A stretch of 64,000 nucleotides of DNA, from the NCBI GenBank assembly GCA_051362555.1, contig CM120646.1, positions 18,352,001-18,416,000 of the forward strand, given 5' to 3'. This DNA comes from Lingula anatina (Eukaryota > Animalia > Brachiopoda). Numbering within the stretch: position 1 is the stretch's first letter; every line of letters starts with the position of its first letter. The position numbers were made by a program, and so were the translations under genes. Under the pieces are notes generated by a model, which saw only the letters and a list, made by a program, of their open reading frames with translations, was not told where the DNA came from and did not search any database. Positions 1 through 15,656 of this stretch are shown one piece after another.

Positions 1-2296
1 CATCTCAATCACAACAGAATGACACCAATCCAAAATCAATAAGATTAAAACAAATCAAGAGAAATTGATCAATCAGTAAAACTACATGAATCACATACGT
101 CATTAAATTATTAATAACGTGTGTATTAAATCACTTAACCACAGGTTTTAGTTTTAAGCAAACTATACATATATTTATACTAATAGCATGCATCTTAACC
201 TAATTAATCAAAATTTTCTTTTAATCCAATATAGGCAAATTGCCTACCAGTTGAACAAAGCTCTAGCAGCAACGTTGCACCTGATTATGCAGTCAACCAT
301 ATTGTCTGGGGATTATGTTGTATAAGGCAACAACAAAAGCTAATTATTAAAGTAATTAGGAAGTTCATTATTTTTAAGTCTGATACATCAATCATCCAAT
401 ATGAAACAATGGATATGTCGGTATTGACAAAAATATCTGTTATATTCTGAAGGATTTACCAAATGTTACTTTCAAAAACAAGACCTGGTGCAGAACAACA
501 AAAAAAAGCTAACAAAACTGACCTTTGATTTCACAAATTAATCATTTACTTAGTATCAAATTCTGATTTAACTAAAACAGAAATGTTTTCTTTGAGGATC
601 AAGGCCCAATAAAAGTCAATTTCATCTGTTGTTTCACTTTTTCACAGATTCTGCATATGCCAGAGAAAAAATGAAAATAAATAAACACCTTACATCATAT
701 GGACCATGGTTCATTCAATTTGAAACCTATGAAACATCATTTATTGAAAATGCTGGATGAGAATATAGAATAACATATCAATCAGTCAACACCATAGTTT
801 GTAACATGCTCCTACTTTTAACACACTGTGAAACTAATTTGTCAGCCAGACAAGACATACTGCTTACTCGGTGCTTGCTGGCCTGTTCTATGCCATTGCC
901 TCCAATGAACAATACCCTAGCCTTGCCCGGTCACTCTAAGATGCAATGCAATTATCTAGTTTATGAAAATTGGAACAGACTGCCAAATGAGTGGCTAATT
1001 CAGTTTGGTCACAGCTGAGGTAAAGGTTTGCTGCATTCCTCTGGTCAGTCAGCCAGTACCAAACAGTAGCCTTGGTGGACAGAGGGCAATGAGGCAATCA
1101 AAAATGGTAATTTACTTGATAAATGTCCAATACAGCTACTGCCACTTATATTTAATTGGGTTTAATTGTCCTAGTTTTCAGACTGGCATAGTTGGCACTG
1201 GTGGGATGAAGTGTACTGGTCGGATGAAGTGTTAAATATTCACGACATCCTGTATGCACTTATTTGGGCATAATCTAATCAGTGACTGCTAGATGGATCC
1301 TGGACATTGTATGTTTCTGATGTTCCTAACTTGCCACTTCTGAGGTCAGTTTTATAAAAGTGAAAAGGCAACTTTTACACCATATTCAGACACACATCAC
1401 ACTAGCTAGGCCGGTGCAACTCTGTCAGGGATACTTGCTAAAGTGCAATCAACTTAATTGTATGACAGCATCCTCGAGCAGCTATCGGGTAATTAACTAA
1501 CTTGGGCTGATTAAGCTGAGTCCAGTGATTGTTCTTTAGGGAGAATCCCCCTCATAGTTGGACCAACCCAACTAGTACAATATGTGAACCTAAATGTGCC
1601 CTAAGGCCAATTTCTAGTTCTCTTGACTACAGGCAGTAACGCACTAAAATAATGACTGTCAGTCTAAAATTACTTTTTTATAATATAAACCCATTTTGCA
1701 TCTTGCAACAACATAATTTTATTATAAATGTAGGGTGTAACAGCTGGCAAAAACACAATCAGATAAAAAATATAAATCCCTGCCCAAAAACTTCATTCAC
1801 AGACATCTTCCTGCTTTTTTCTCTTGCAAACAAGAAAAGTTCAATTCATCAATTCATCTTCCCGTTTTGTGCTGCTAGCTTGATTTACCTTGCAGACAAA
1901 ATGTGTCACACCTGTCTGGCAAAACCATCTAATCAAAATACAATAGCCTAAAAAACAATATAATACAGTTATGTCACTACATTTGATAATGTCTCCATTT
2001 TATGGCATTCCTGTCTGACATAAAACTATTGGAGATGCTGGAGATGGATATTATGTAATCTCATTTTTTGTCTGTAAATTCTTATCGTCTGATCTTCAGT
2101 GACAGACAATTTGTCTTACCTGTCAAGTCTCATCTATCTCATGAAAGATCTACACATTCAGAAGCCTCTGTGTAAGCTTTTCCCTTTGAAGTAAGTGTCA
2201 TGTACATGTGCAGTTACTCTTGAATTACATGTGCAATGAAAGAAAGCAGTTCAATTACATCTGAGATGCACAGAAGCAGTAAGGCACAGAAACAGC

Positions 2297-2470
2297 AAGG
2301 CCTGTGGCCAGCAATTTCAAAAAGTTTTTAAAGTGAACCTTTTTACCATGAAACATACTTGTGTTCACAGAACATGGATTGGATTTTGATTCAGATCAGA
2401 TATTTTCTTGCCTACAAAGGGCAATTCTTCTGAACCTCCCTGAACCCCCACGCCCACTCGACCAGGCCTG
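2297..2470. mobile_element. Old MITE family B copy
   Basis: Ends AGGCCTGTGGCCAG ... CCAGGCCTG; shares AACCTTTTTACCAT.AAAC and TGAACC.CC.TGAA.CCCC blocks with 36401-36566. Confidence 0.55.
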
Positions 2471-5400
2471 AGTAACTTATTTTACAGTATCTAAAATACA
2501 TATACAGATTTGTTATCAAACATGTTTTGAAAGGAAAACCTTCAGAAATAAAAAAGCATGGGCAATAAAATGTGTAAATTACATGTAAATATGTAGTCTA
2601 CAAGAGTTGGTAAGCCTGAGGTGGTACATTTGACTACACGTCAGTCTTGGCACCCTCTGCCACACTACTAGTGCATGCACTGTAAGCACAGTAATGTATT
2701 CATAATGGAACTTAATACAGAAGTTCATCCAAGAAAACAATACAATGGTTCACCCGGTGGCACAGGTCAATAAAAACAGTTGTGTACTTCCTGAATTCTT
2801 GGCGCTTCCAGCAGTAATCACTGCTGTCTTGGTTGACATGACATTCATTGGCAAAGAATACAACATGAAGCCAATTAATATTAACAGTATTGGAATGTGC
2901 ATATTTATTACTTACTTATGCACCTTTGGCAAAAAAGTATAGTTTGACGGGTAAATATACAACTGATAAAACTCTGCTTCCACACAATGACACCAGAATG
3001 CAATTAAATCTTACATATATGATAAGTACTAGTACAACATAGCTTATTTATAAATAGTTTCCCTTTCATAAAAGATGATTCAAGATTCAGCTGAGCTCAA
3101 ATAAGTTATAACTTCTTTTTATAAAAAGGATATATAAACAGATTAATCCTCTGGAAGATTTTTTAAAATGCAAAAAAAAAAAAATTAAATAAATATAGTG
3201 ACAGTTAGACTTGGATATGTAAAGGGGGATGGATGAGAGCAAAGCAAGCATTTTCCACTGGGGGATTGGAGGGGGGGGGGGCAAACCCTCATCTGCTTCA
3301 GCTACTGTTTGAGTTATTCCAATCAATTTCCAATAAAATGCAATCACTGCTATCGTTTTTTTTTTTTTTCTATAGAATCATTCTTGTGCATGATGTTCTC
3401 TCTCCTAGCAAACAAAACGCATCTCTTATATCACAGGCATGCTCTGCTTTTGAAAACAGATAAAAAGTGAAATTCACCATACAATAAAAATAATAATAAC
3501 ATTCAGAAGGTAAAATGACATCGAATCTATCAAAATTACAAACTCATTTTCTTAAGCCGATTTCAGTCCCCTGAGGGAAACAATGTGTTTGCTCCTGTGT
3601 CAATCCAATGTAAATGTCAAAACCTGCAGCAACAGGATGCTAATTGAAGAACATGCAAATAATCCATTCATGCCATTGTCATTCATGTCCAGCTCTGCAG
3701 TGCGCCCAACGGGAATTCTAGGGGATTCCTGGCGCCACCGATTGACTTGTGACATTACCCACATTCTTAGAAATGGAGTCCCATTATCCCAGCATTTCTA
3801 GGAGTTAATCAGATCAGTGCCACTACTGCTCGGAATTTCTTTGATCTGCTGCACAGTGATGGCTTTTAGTCTGAAGCATATATGTGTAATGCACTTTGGG
3901 ACAGACTGCATTTTGTATTTGAAGTGGCACTATTAGATTGTATGCTAAAAGGATCTCTTTTTTAGAGACAGCTTTATGTGGTGAATGGATTATTTATGTC
4001 TGTGGTCTACTCGACTATGATCAAATGGGTTATATTTTTGAACATATCATACTTTGTTATTACTGATTTTACTGTGAATATCAATGTATTGGAGGACATG
4101 AGATTAATGGTATCATCATCATAATAATCACTTAAAATTAATGAATCCAGAATAATTTTTTTTTCAAACATATACAGTATATATAAAGTTCATTTTGGGT
4201 GTCACTATCAATATTTCTAAAAATGTAAGAAAATGCTTTCTTTTAGAAACAAAAACAAAATTATACAAAGACAGATACAAAAGCAATACAGAAAAATAAG
4301 ATGACATTTACTTTATCTGGCATCATGCCACTGTTTTCAGGGAATAAAAAAAAACTCTTGAATTACACGTGCAATGAAAGAAAGCAGCACAATTTAATCT
4401 GAGATGTTGCCTATAGATTATTAAACATCATTGTGCAGAGATAGTTGTCAACTTAACCAGGCACTAAAGTTAGTATCAAGTATCTCGCTTGTAAAGCATC
4501 ATAACTTCACTGCAGAGGTTAAGACCAAACATTAGAGTCACCTCATAATGGCGGCGAAGAGACAGAAAGGCGGGAGATAGGGTGTCCGGGTTTTAGATCC
4601 GTATCACATGAATAAAAATCTCTGATAAAAGACAAGTTCTGGAAAATCTGGATTGTCAGTGTGGTATATGTTAAATGCAGAGACTTAATCATTATCAAGT
4701 TATTACCAAAAATAACTTGATTAAAAACAAATAATCATCTTAAAACATTTCAAAACAACTGTAAAATGTGAAAAACATGCTAAAATGCAAAGACCCTAAC
4801 TAGCTTATATTTTGCTGAATCAAAACACCCAAGCCATAAAAAACCATCCACTATATAACCAATTTACAATGCTGAGCAAAATATTCTAGCAAACCAATTC
4901 CAACTTTTCATCATCTTCTACTCTACTTAAAAGAAATAAAGACCTTCACATTAACACTCACTCAAAACCTCAAAACCACAGAAAGGCCTAGAACCAATAT
5001 AGTCCTCCTATAGCTTCCCTCAAAATACCTGTGCATGAACTGCTCTGCCTCCCCTCTCTCTCTCTCTCTCTCCCCCCCCCCCCCCCACCCACCCACCCAC
5101 CCACCCACATGGATCTATCAGAGAACAGTCTACAATATTAACTTTCCTGACCCACCCTGAATGTCTAACATCAAGTCCCAGCACTGCTGGTTGTGATTTG
5201 GGATAATTAAAGCAGTTTTAGAAAAGAAATTAAGCAAATATTAGAGACAGAGCAACTACTAAACAAATATTCTGGATATGCAATATCCCATGGCATATAA
5301 GGACAATTAACTAAATATATCAATTGCACATTTTGCACATTAGACCATAATGAATCAGTAACACAATATTGCGCATACAGCTTCTGAACTTATAACTTAA

Positions 5401-6855
5401 CAAGCAGCTAAATATGGGTTATATATAATAAAAACTAAAACAAACTAAAATATACAAAACTTGCTACTTGCCTGGGTCTGTGTAGCCTGATAGTAAACTA
5501 AACAAGGCTTGTGCACCATTTATATGTGCAATGTGAGAAAGACAAGCAGCCAACACGAAAACTACAATGATGATGATAATGTTTTCCAATTAGTTTGTGA
5601 TTGGCTAATGGAGCAGGCAAGTGCAGAGATCATGTGACAGTGGGAAATTATGGGATAGATGTCAAGAGGCAAGCAATCAACTGCACAGTCCTAATCTATT
5701 TTCTTTTCTCTTTTTTTTCTTCAGTTTTTTTTCATAAGGTACACATCAGACTGATGTTTTTAAAAAAACTAAGTGGACAATTTGGTTTGGGAGAATACAT
5801 CAAGAAACAATGCCATATACCAATAGAGAATATATTTGTTTTAGATTTACAGGAAAATTGTTTTTCAGTTCTTCATCACAAACTTATTTCTTCATGCTTT
5901 TCAACATATAATAGACTAATTCTCTAATGATATTCATTTTTCCCTTCTCTTGATAGAAATTCAAACCCCAACCTAACAAAGCTTTGACCACTTCATTCTC
6001 TATTTTCCTAAATATATTATTTTTTATTACTTTCATCAACAAAAATGGAAAAAGTCACATGCTGCAAAGGATATGCTCCCTTTACAAAAAGAAAAAAGAT
6101 AAAAAAAAAAACATTAGTCTGGCTCAAAATTCAATTTACCTAAGACAATCTTTATCTATATCAAAGGTAAGCATGTTATATTTGTATCAATGGAGACAGT
6201 CTCTTATCAACAGAGATGCACTGTAATCTATTCATCATAGCAGAGAGCTTAAATGAAAGATAATAGCTTCATAAGGTAATGTGTATTTTAAATTGTTATA
6301 TCACAGGACTCACTGGGTTACAGGGTCCCTGGATACATGTGGTAATGTATACTATACAGGTCCTTGAGGGTACAGTAATGTATGACTTATGACAGAAAAA
6401 ATAGAAATGTTCATTTTTTAGATGGACCTCTTGGGTTATGGTGTCTCCAAATATGTAGTAATGGATTTCGGTGTAGTTTCAACTGAGACAATATATTTGT
6501 CTTCATTTTTAGGCCAAGTTTTTATCTTTTTTTAACTAATAAATTTGTTTTAAGCAAGGAAAAAAAGCACCAGCCCAGGTACATTTATGCTGTCGCAATT
6601 AGATAATATGTGATTTGTAATAATTGAAAGCATTAAAACTGGACAGCAGATTTGTCAAGAAAAAAAATCTAACCTGACACATGTCAATCAAAGAATTAAG
6701 CATGTCCTGTTAAAAGTACAAGATAATTGCCCTTCCTGAGCCATGGGTCAGAGGCTGTGGCCAGACTGCAGATGTCCGAAGATCTGGACATTGATGGAGC
6801 ACTTACTGGCCAATGTCTAACCTATGACTTCTAATTTACCTTCCTTGCTGATTAT

Positions 6856-6881
6856 GGGGGGGGGGGGGGGGGGGGGGGGGG
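6856..6881 (+). repeat. Poly-G tract (26 nt)
   Basis: Direct reading. Confidence 0.9.
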
Positions 6882-9800
6882 CACTAAAAGTTAAACCCAA
6901 TCTGGTCCCAGCCCACCATACATGACCTGACAACTGCAATGAAATGACAAGTGATTCAGTTGTCTGTGGTTTTTCCTTACACTACTGGCTCAGAGTCCAT
7001 TACGGTAGTGCATCTTCATGGTAGGATTCAGTGAAGTTGAATAGGATGGAAATTATCTATATAAGCATTACCACTGTGCTTCAGAAGACTTCTGCAATGC
7101 TGCATTGCAACTGTGCAGCACCAATTTCCTTCCAAGAAACATGAATTCTCCCCTCTCCAAGAAAGCTTTAATTACCATCCTTTCTTAAGTTTAAATAGTA
7201 ATAGAGGAAAACCACATGAAGTGTGAAAAAAACTGATACTTCCGCCAACTTCATATGTTCCTTTCACATAAATGACATTTAAACTTTAAAAGCTGTCACC
7301 TTTTAACACAGAACAAGAGTCTACTTTTAACCTTCTTGTTTCAATGCAATGGGTTAAAAAACCTTATGGAGTGTGAAGGAAATCCCTCTTTAACAAATAG
7401 CCACAGTTGTCGTAGATATTTATGCAACATTAACTTGAAGCCTACTTGTATTTTTTGCCCTGGGTTTATTTCTTAATGCCAGCTGGTCATGGTTATCTTT
7501 TTTTAATACTATACAAGCTGGGCTTTTTCCTTTTAAGTTATTGAGCTTCACTGTAAGCAATGACCAGCAATCACCTGTGTATCTCATCATAGATTAAATA
7601 AGCTTAGAAACCCATGCTCAGTTATCACATATCACACCTGAGATGGTGATTTGCACCTTTTTGCCATATTGCACTCACACTTGCAGTAGTTGAAAAAACA
7701 TCTTGAAAAGAACACCACATTTGCTTCAAGCAGATAAAGCTATTCCAAACAAGAAAAAAAAATCTGTAAAAAATCCTTATAATCAAATGTGTGAAACTTG
7801 TGTCAGCTTAGAAAAATACTGATAAACCCAAGGTCATAGATTCAGATTAAAAAAAAAAAAAAAAGGAACTTGCTAATATGGTCTTCACAAAAAGAAAACA
7901 GTTACGAGAGACAGAGGTCACAGCGGGGTGAATCCTGATGTTTACCTAAATTTGCCAGGAGGAAATATATATTAGTTCAGGTGAAATGCTGTCATCATAA
8001 ACTTTGAAGATTGTATTTCTTCACCATTTAACTGCAGGCTACAGGGTGGTCACAAATCACAAGATACCAATGATTTAAACTTGTCAGTTTTTTTCTCCCA
8101 ATATATAAAGGATGAATAATAATGAAGAAAGCAAAGAACAAATGAATGGAAACATGTATGATGACTTACATTCTACAACTGAAAAAAAGTGAAACAATTA
8201 TAAACAAACAAAAAAATACAATCACAGAATAGATAGAAAGTTAATGAACAATACCAAAAACAGTGAAAAATTAAAAACAGTAAGCCAGAAGGGGTGAGGG
8301 CAAGTTAAAGAATTGTGTGTGTATATATCCTTTAAAAACACTGTGATAAAATTAGTGCTTAAACCTTTTGTAAGGTACTTTTGAAGAACCCTTTCAACTT
8401 CACTCCGATTACATGGATCTGACTTCTTAAGGCTCCATGATATATTCCCAGTGTTGAAAGCTCGCCAGAATGGGTTCTTAATCAATTGACATCCAGTAAG
8501 AGAAAGATACTTGTATGCTAACATTCAGCTGATAAACGCAGACATTTCTAAACTTATTTTGATTCACAACAAAAGGCTTGCAATAAACTCGATCTGCACT
8601 TCCAGATGGATTTTGAAAAAAGCCTTTAAAGCTATATATAGTAGAGTGTTGCTTACAGTTATACCTTAGATATACATGCATTTCTTGGAATTGTTTTGTC
8701 AACCTTTGCAAGACTTCTCTATGCTTTTTAAAAAGGGCATTTACAAAATGTTAAGGTTAATGATTCAAAGAAATCTATGACATCACTTAGCTAACTACGC
8801 AATACATTACCCTATATTACAAGGCACTGCCTATAGAAGAGTAAAACAGTTTCACATCATTGGATAAAATAGGTTATTTTGTTGTGTTTTGTACAGTGAT
8901 AATATAAAATGACATGTATCATATGAAGCAAAACACATTTACCTTAAAATTTGTCAGTTTCATCCAAGTTTTTGTCAGATACTATATGAGGATGCAATCA
9001 TATATGGACGCGCCTGAAGCGAATAAGATCCCGTTCCTCAGTGTAAACATGGCCTCAGGAAAACAGCATTCCACCGCTCCTGTTGCCTACAGCATAAAAA
9101 ACACTGTACCTTGCCTATATCTGCATTGTACCAGCTTGTAACCACTCTGTTGAACTCAACAGCATACAGTTAGGAACAATATTGATGAACAGAGATGAGA
9201 ACACACAGATAACACCAACCCCTGTGATCTGATAGTTGGTGCTAAAGAAACAATGCTGCAGGTAGTTCTTTACTAAACTCCCACTTGGAAATCAGATAAA
9301 TAGTACATGTGCCTGCAGTATGTTTATAGTCATACATACACTGAAAGAACAATTTATGCTACTGATACAATGTATAAGCAGATAAAAACATGCAGATACA
9401 ATTAACTGCGATTTGTTTGCTGGCTATCAGAAAATTATATCTGAACCAACAGGTTATGAAAGGTGCAATCAATATATCATTTATGTTTAATGCCAGAGTA
9501 AGTGGCATGCACAGTAATATGTTCCAACAACGAAAACAGTGATGTGATGGTAATATTCTGTAAATCGTCAACAACCCATATAGTGTCCAACTCCATATGC
9601 AGGGGGAAAGGGTTTCAGAGAGTTGGTAAGAACCGCCCTTATGTCTAGAAAAGTTCTTTCTCAATCAAAAATTTGAGCCAAGATCTATGCAATTTCTCAT
9701 GTTGTGTCACCTAAAGGGTGACAGGGACCACTTTTTCAAAAAACAAAATGCCCCTTGGAAATTGCTGGCTTTACAGGCCTGATATGTATCTGTTAAAAAC

Positions 9801-11103
9801 TCAACTGTAACTGCCATGGAGCAACACTGCAAAATAGCAAGAAATATAAGGTAAGTATTAAACATCAATCTAACTGCCTTGAACACAACATTGTAGAAAT
9901 GCATACACTAATCATGACGTGATACGTACATTGGCAAGCAGCTTATTTCCTGAAACCTTGGCAACGCTTCACGAATAGAAAAATGAGATGGCCAGTTGCA
10001 ATTTGTATATGTTTTGGTCAGTTATAGCTATACGTCATATTGCCCTGCTATGAGGATCAGAAACAATGCGAACTTTTACTGTAGCATTTATTAGTAAAAA
10101 ATTATGCTGATTTATTAAAAACACCAGTCAAAATAAATTGCAAAGTATCTTCTTTTCTGTAAAAGAACTGACTCTGTGATGATGCATACTGGTGCATGTA
10201 TGTGCATGCATACAAACATCCACCTACCTTTTCAGCAGGCTTCTATGTAAAACAGTATTTTCTTTCCTGGTTGTCTATCTAATTGATAAGGCCAAGCCTA
10301 AATGGAATTGAAAAACTGAAGCCGCTGGGAAGACAAAGAGCTCTTTTTTGTTAAATAAATTGGATTAAATGGTGTACTGAGGGGGCAAAAAGAGGGTTGC
10401 ACTCCAAATGTCACATTTTACGATAAAAGCAAATCTTAAAGCTTATTTTGCTTACCATTTAACACCAAGAAACAGAGGTTTTCAGTAAAGCCCACTTTTT
10501 TATGCCCAGATTCACTAGAAAAATTAGGGACAAGAGCTCACATTTTAAGGCAGGCATTGCTACAACCAGTACTGCCTCATGAACCATAATGCACATCCCA
10601 AACAGCACAGCACTTATCCAACACCAATGAATAACATAATTATAGCAAACGCAAACAGCAATGCTGCATAATGACAATGCTGAGCATGATAACATCAACT
10701 AATCACTTCACTTACATTACTTACTCCCATTTCCATCAGCACTCGTTGTGTTATGTCTTACCTAACAAAGACCTCAACCGTGTGCGTGTTCCTCTATTAC
10801 ACAATTAGTCCTGTGATGCAGAAAATCCATGGGACAACAAGCAATATTTTAAGGCAGCTGACTCACAATGAAATCAAACTCTGTCTCTTTACAGCATGCT
10901 ATTTAACCATACACACCTTTGTACTTAACGGGAAACTGACACCCAAAAGGGACTATTTTTTGTGCCAAACTACGTGGAACCTATTAAGGCTGATATTATG
11001 AGATTGTGTTGTTAAATGATGAGCTTTTAATGGGTAAATATTTATGAAGAAGAATGTATTCTGGGTTTTTAGTATGCCAAGGTTTTGTACCTAAGTACTC
11101 AGC

Positions 11104-11106
<3 letters not shown>

Positions 11107-11144
<38 letters not shown>
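11107..11144. repeat. (GA)n microsatellite
   Basis: Direct reading. Confidence 0.95.
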
Positions 11145-11147
<3 letters not shown>

Positions 11148-14100
11148 GCTATTACTTTTACAACAAACCCATATCTCATTAAATCAGAGTCTAATCAATG
11201 TCACATTTCCAGTACCTGAAATATATACAAATAAAAAATTTATTTCCAAGATGTAAAAATCAGATTATTCCAATATTCCAGTGCAAGCTTTCTCCTCGTG
11301 TTCATTTTCTGCCAAAATTGACTCCATTTCCCCTTTGGAACACCTATTGATGAACTGATTACCCAAAATCGTAAAATAATCAACATCAACATGCACAAAT
11401 ACTACACATTGCGTGTACATCTCTAGCCTTCCAAGTTGACAAATACACCATATGGGATCCCATTACAATTTGTATATCCAGCCCCAGACCAGCCAGACAT
11501 GCAGTGACGGCTCACAAACAAATCAATACCGACTCACAAATAACAGTGGAATATTTTCAGAACAAATCAAGAAATCATCTAAAAGCAGACAGAGATAACT
11601 GGTGACCTCGCCTTTGAGATAAAGCGGCTTCGGGGCAAGTCTGTACCACAATTAATAACCACATTACACTATTAAAAAGAGATGTGAAGTAAAAATCAAT
11701 AACTTATTCTATCGTTGCGCCACAATGAACACACTGAGAATTCCAATAGAGCCATTATCATGACAGATCAGTATAGTACAATCTATCCATATAGACATAA
11801 ATGAAACGGTTGAGTCTTTTCTCTTGCTTTTAATGATCAAAAATGTGCACTGAATGGTTATTATAAAATCAATATTTTCTGCAGATTTTTTTGAGAAAAC
11901 AAATGATGCTGGAACAGAAACAGGTGTCAAAGTAAACAATTCATTTAGATTAAGCCAGTTAATTTTGATTATTATGATTCTGGAAATAATTTGCCATCAA
12001 AGAAATTAGTTAATGTTGATGAGCCCAGATATAATAAATCCTTAGAAAAGCATGAAAATGGCAAATATTTACTGCTACAATTAAAGGCTATTTGTTAGTA
12101 CACATGTACGTCTTTAAGTGGTAAGCATGCACATGCAATTTTTTCATTTCACTATAATTGCCCAATTAAAAGTATACTAAGCCCAATTTATCCTGAATTT
12201 TTTTTCTAAAAAGAGCATTGTATTACCTACTGCATCAACACATGGTGACACAAAGCACCAATTAACAAAATCTGCTTTAAACCATCCATTTCCTATTATA
12301 ACCCCACCTCCCACAAAACTCTTCATTAACAGATCTGTACACCAAAAAAAATACTTTGAACTAATTGGTCACAACATGCCATTTATGTTAAAAAACCTAT
12401 TGACCTGGCAGCCAAAGTAACTGTTAATACATTATCTTTTCGTGTTTTAACTCTTACCTGTAGATCCAAGATACAATTAACATGAAAAAAGCACCTACTC
12501 ATGTCTGCTAGCCAAATGATCAGTTGATCAAGATTTGCCTGCAGCCTCTCTTTGAACTTTCTAGCCTCCCTTTGGAAGTGCATCAACATTATTATTATCC
12601 ATAGTGCTGGCTGCAATAATAATATCAGTGCACCACATGATGAATATACCTGCTTTAATAAATGCTGCACCAATATCACCTGGACAGGTTGTTTCGTGTC
12701 AGTTTAATATGTGCGTCATTTAGAAGGGAGATTACATATAGAAAACATAGTACCCATAAGGTGTGCCTTTAAACACACAGATATCAAATAAGTTCAAAAT
12801 TTGTCAAACAAAACATTAACCCCAAGTGGCAAACATTTTTCAGTATTTTAATACTTTTTGGCAAAAAATATTATTGTTTTTCACTGCTAATCTATAGCAA
12901 CTACAATGACAAACAAAGGTTCTGGCAACTTGACAGTATAAACAATGTGGAACATAGGTGCCAACTCTAAAGTCATGCACATTTGTATTCTACAGGCCTA
13001 ATTGTTATCAGCCAGTTCAGAAGAGGGCAGTCTTTTTCTGAATAATTGCAGTTTTTATCACGAAATATGAAACAACACAGAACCTTCATCAAAAGTTGAT
13101 TCAGAACAGACATTATCCCGGTGGAAAGGATGGTTTATTGTAACACCTCCTGAACACCCAACCCCACCTCACCCACTTGCTTATGGGCCTGGTCCACTTG
13201 GTATTTAGAATTTGAAGTAAGATTGTTTTCAGGTGTAATTCTATTGTCAATACCATGTACAACAAAATACCTTTACACACTTTGAATACTGTAATGTAAG
13301 CAGCACTATAGAAATACTGTGTCCGTCATGCACATACACATATTTAGATATACAGTACAAAATTATATATATTAAGACACAGACATACATATATACACAT
13401 GGGTATCTACACCTGTTGTATTACCTTATATCACCGCTTTACACCAACAAGTTTATCAAATTATTTAGGATAAAATTAATTGGCGATGCCCTACATGTAC
13501 CTATTGTCTCTTCATACTTCTTGGCACAAACAACTGTATAACTGCCCTTCAGCATGTGTAATACATATCTCTCAGGACAAATTGAAGGTGTTTGGAGTTG
13601 ATGAGCAGCCTGAGGCCAGAGGAAGGGAGAATGATTGAAAAACAAGACTTAATTAGTGTGTTTTCTAGGTCGTATTGAACTAATATATGTACATTGCGGC
13701 TGAGAAGAAAAAAACCAAATCCTCATTATAACTGCAGGTTTCTGATTATTCACATTAATTAAAATTCTGTGCAAAACAGGGCTAGCCTTATGTTTCAAAT
13801 CCTTTGTACATAAAATTAAATTAAGGCCTTTATGCCAAGCTGAAGAAATTAATTCAAATTAAGGATCATTAAGTAGATACAATAACATAAAACAATACAA
13901 CTAAAGAAAAAATACAGTAAAATCAATGAAAATGTATATCAAGAACTTGTAGATTGCAAAAAGCAAGGCAGTTGAATATTTAATCTGTAGCAACAAGATT
14001 TTACAAATGTTTTAAATTATGATATTCAGGACTTTTATATGATACACTTGTGAGCCAATTTGCTGTTTTTCATCAGCTAGATACTAAAAAATGAAATGAC

Positions 14101-15625
14101 TTTCACATAATCAGCCTCTACCCTTAAGGTAGTTTTCTTTTCAATCAAGGCTTTCATAAAATTAGAATCAGTTGAGTTCTTTGTTTGTCAGCGAGAAAAT
14201 ACTTTTAAAAAATAATTCTCTTCAGGTGCTTACATTTATCAGTCAACAGAACTATGGCAAGCTATTTATGCCATTAAAACTTTAACAAAGCTAGTTCAGA
14301 TTTTTCTTCCCACAGGCCAGGTAAAAAACAAGTCTTTTCAACATCAAAAAGCCCTAGAAAAGATCTGCCAATTATTCTGCCAATTAGAGTTAGTAAGTTT
14401 CTCCAGTTCATTTGCTTAGCCCTCCTCTTCACAGTGAGGGTTTGTAGTAGATACATTCACAATGTTTGTACTGAATGACCCCTGGGTCAGTAACCTTTAA
14501 GAGCATCCCTGAAGCCTAGGTCAGAGGATTCAAAATATTGCTAGAAAATGGTAAATACATGTACCTTTTGTTGAGAATATGTGGAAGGTTGCACAAAAAA
14601 AGGTGTAAATCGAATAACAACCTTAACAACCTTTGTATGTTTAAATGATATTTATTTCTTTGAAATAAGATTCAGAAAGAAAAATAATCTACACTCCATT
14701 TGTATAATGGAAATGAAGGTGACCAAGCAGAACTTTAACACAACAGAGAGTCGCAATTTTACAGGAAAAATACAAATTAACTCCAGGTTGCTTTCAACCT
14801 TTGTGAGTATGTCTAATTATACAGGATTTACCTCTTATTGGGAGGTGGAAAACATGCCTTAACGTCCTTTCTTAGGATAGCATTAGATTTCAAATCTTTA
14901 TGTCACTTGATCCAACAGCATCAAACTGGCAGCAAATATTGACTATTGGGACAAGACTGATATTATATTACCTTTCCACATTCTGTTGACCCAGGATAAG
15001 ATGCTGTTTACACCTACCTTGTTATACCTGGACAAAAGCCTCCATAACTCCTAATTATTGTTTAATTTGGTGATAAAGCCAACTTCTCTGTTTGGTGACA
15101 CGTGGAATTTATTCTGGTTTGTCTTAATAACTCAGACATAAACATGCTCAAATGACAGTATTTACAAGGAACTGACTGCACAGTGCCCTTGGTAAACAAT
15201 CAATTCAGTAAAAGCGAGGATTATGCAAACACAATTGTGCCAATTAATGCCAATTAATTTCAGGTGAAGAACCCCCACATTGAAACCATGTATTTGTTTC
15301 TTAACAAGTACACCAGGTATAAAAGTTATAGAAGTCTAAGTTGTAAAGGGCAGATGGCAGGTATTGTGATTGTGTGATTAAAAGACTGGTCCATGGGGGA
15401 GGGGGGGGGGTTTGATTTTGACTACCCCATCTCCCCTCTCCACACAAATTGCAATCACCCTTAAATCACCCGTGATTCTTGAGATATTTCATGCATTTCT
15501 GTCAATTTTCAAGAGTCAGGTGTTCAATTTTTTAAAGGAAATTTATTTTATAGTTCAGATCACACAGGTTTCAACCAAATTCCCTGAATTCTCCTCTGAG
15601 TCCACACCTCTGGCAGAGCTGAGGT

Positions 15626-15656
<31 letters not shown>

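Noticed and set aside
1016-1037. TGAGGTAAAGGTTTG, superficially let-7-like
   Set aside because: Seed differs from TGAGGTAG and no convincing precursor hairpin.
8300-8730. Possible L1/Tx1-type non-LTR retrotransposon 3' fragment on the minus strand (ALKAFFKI..., IKNPFW)
   Set aside because: Only two short motif-like hits in broken frames; needs a tBLASTx/Dfam search to support.
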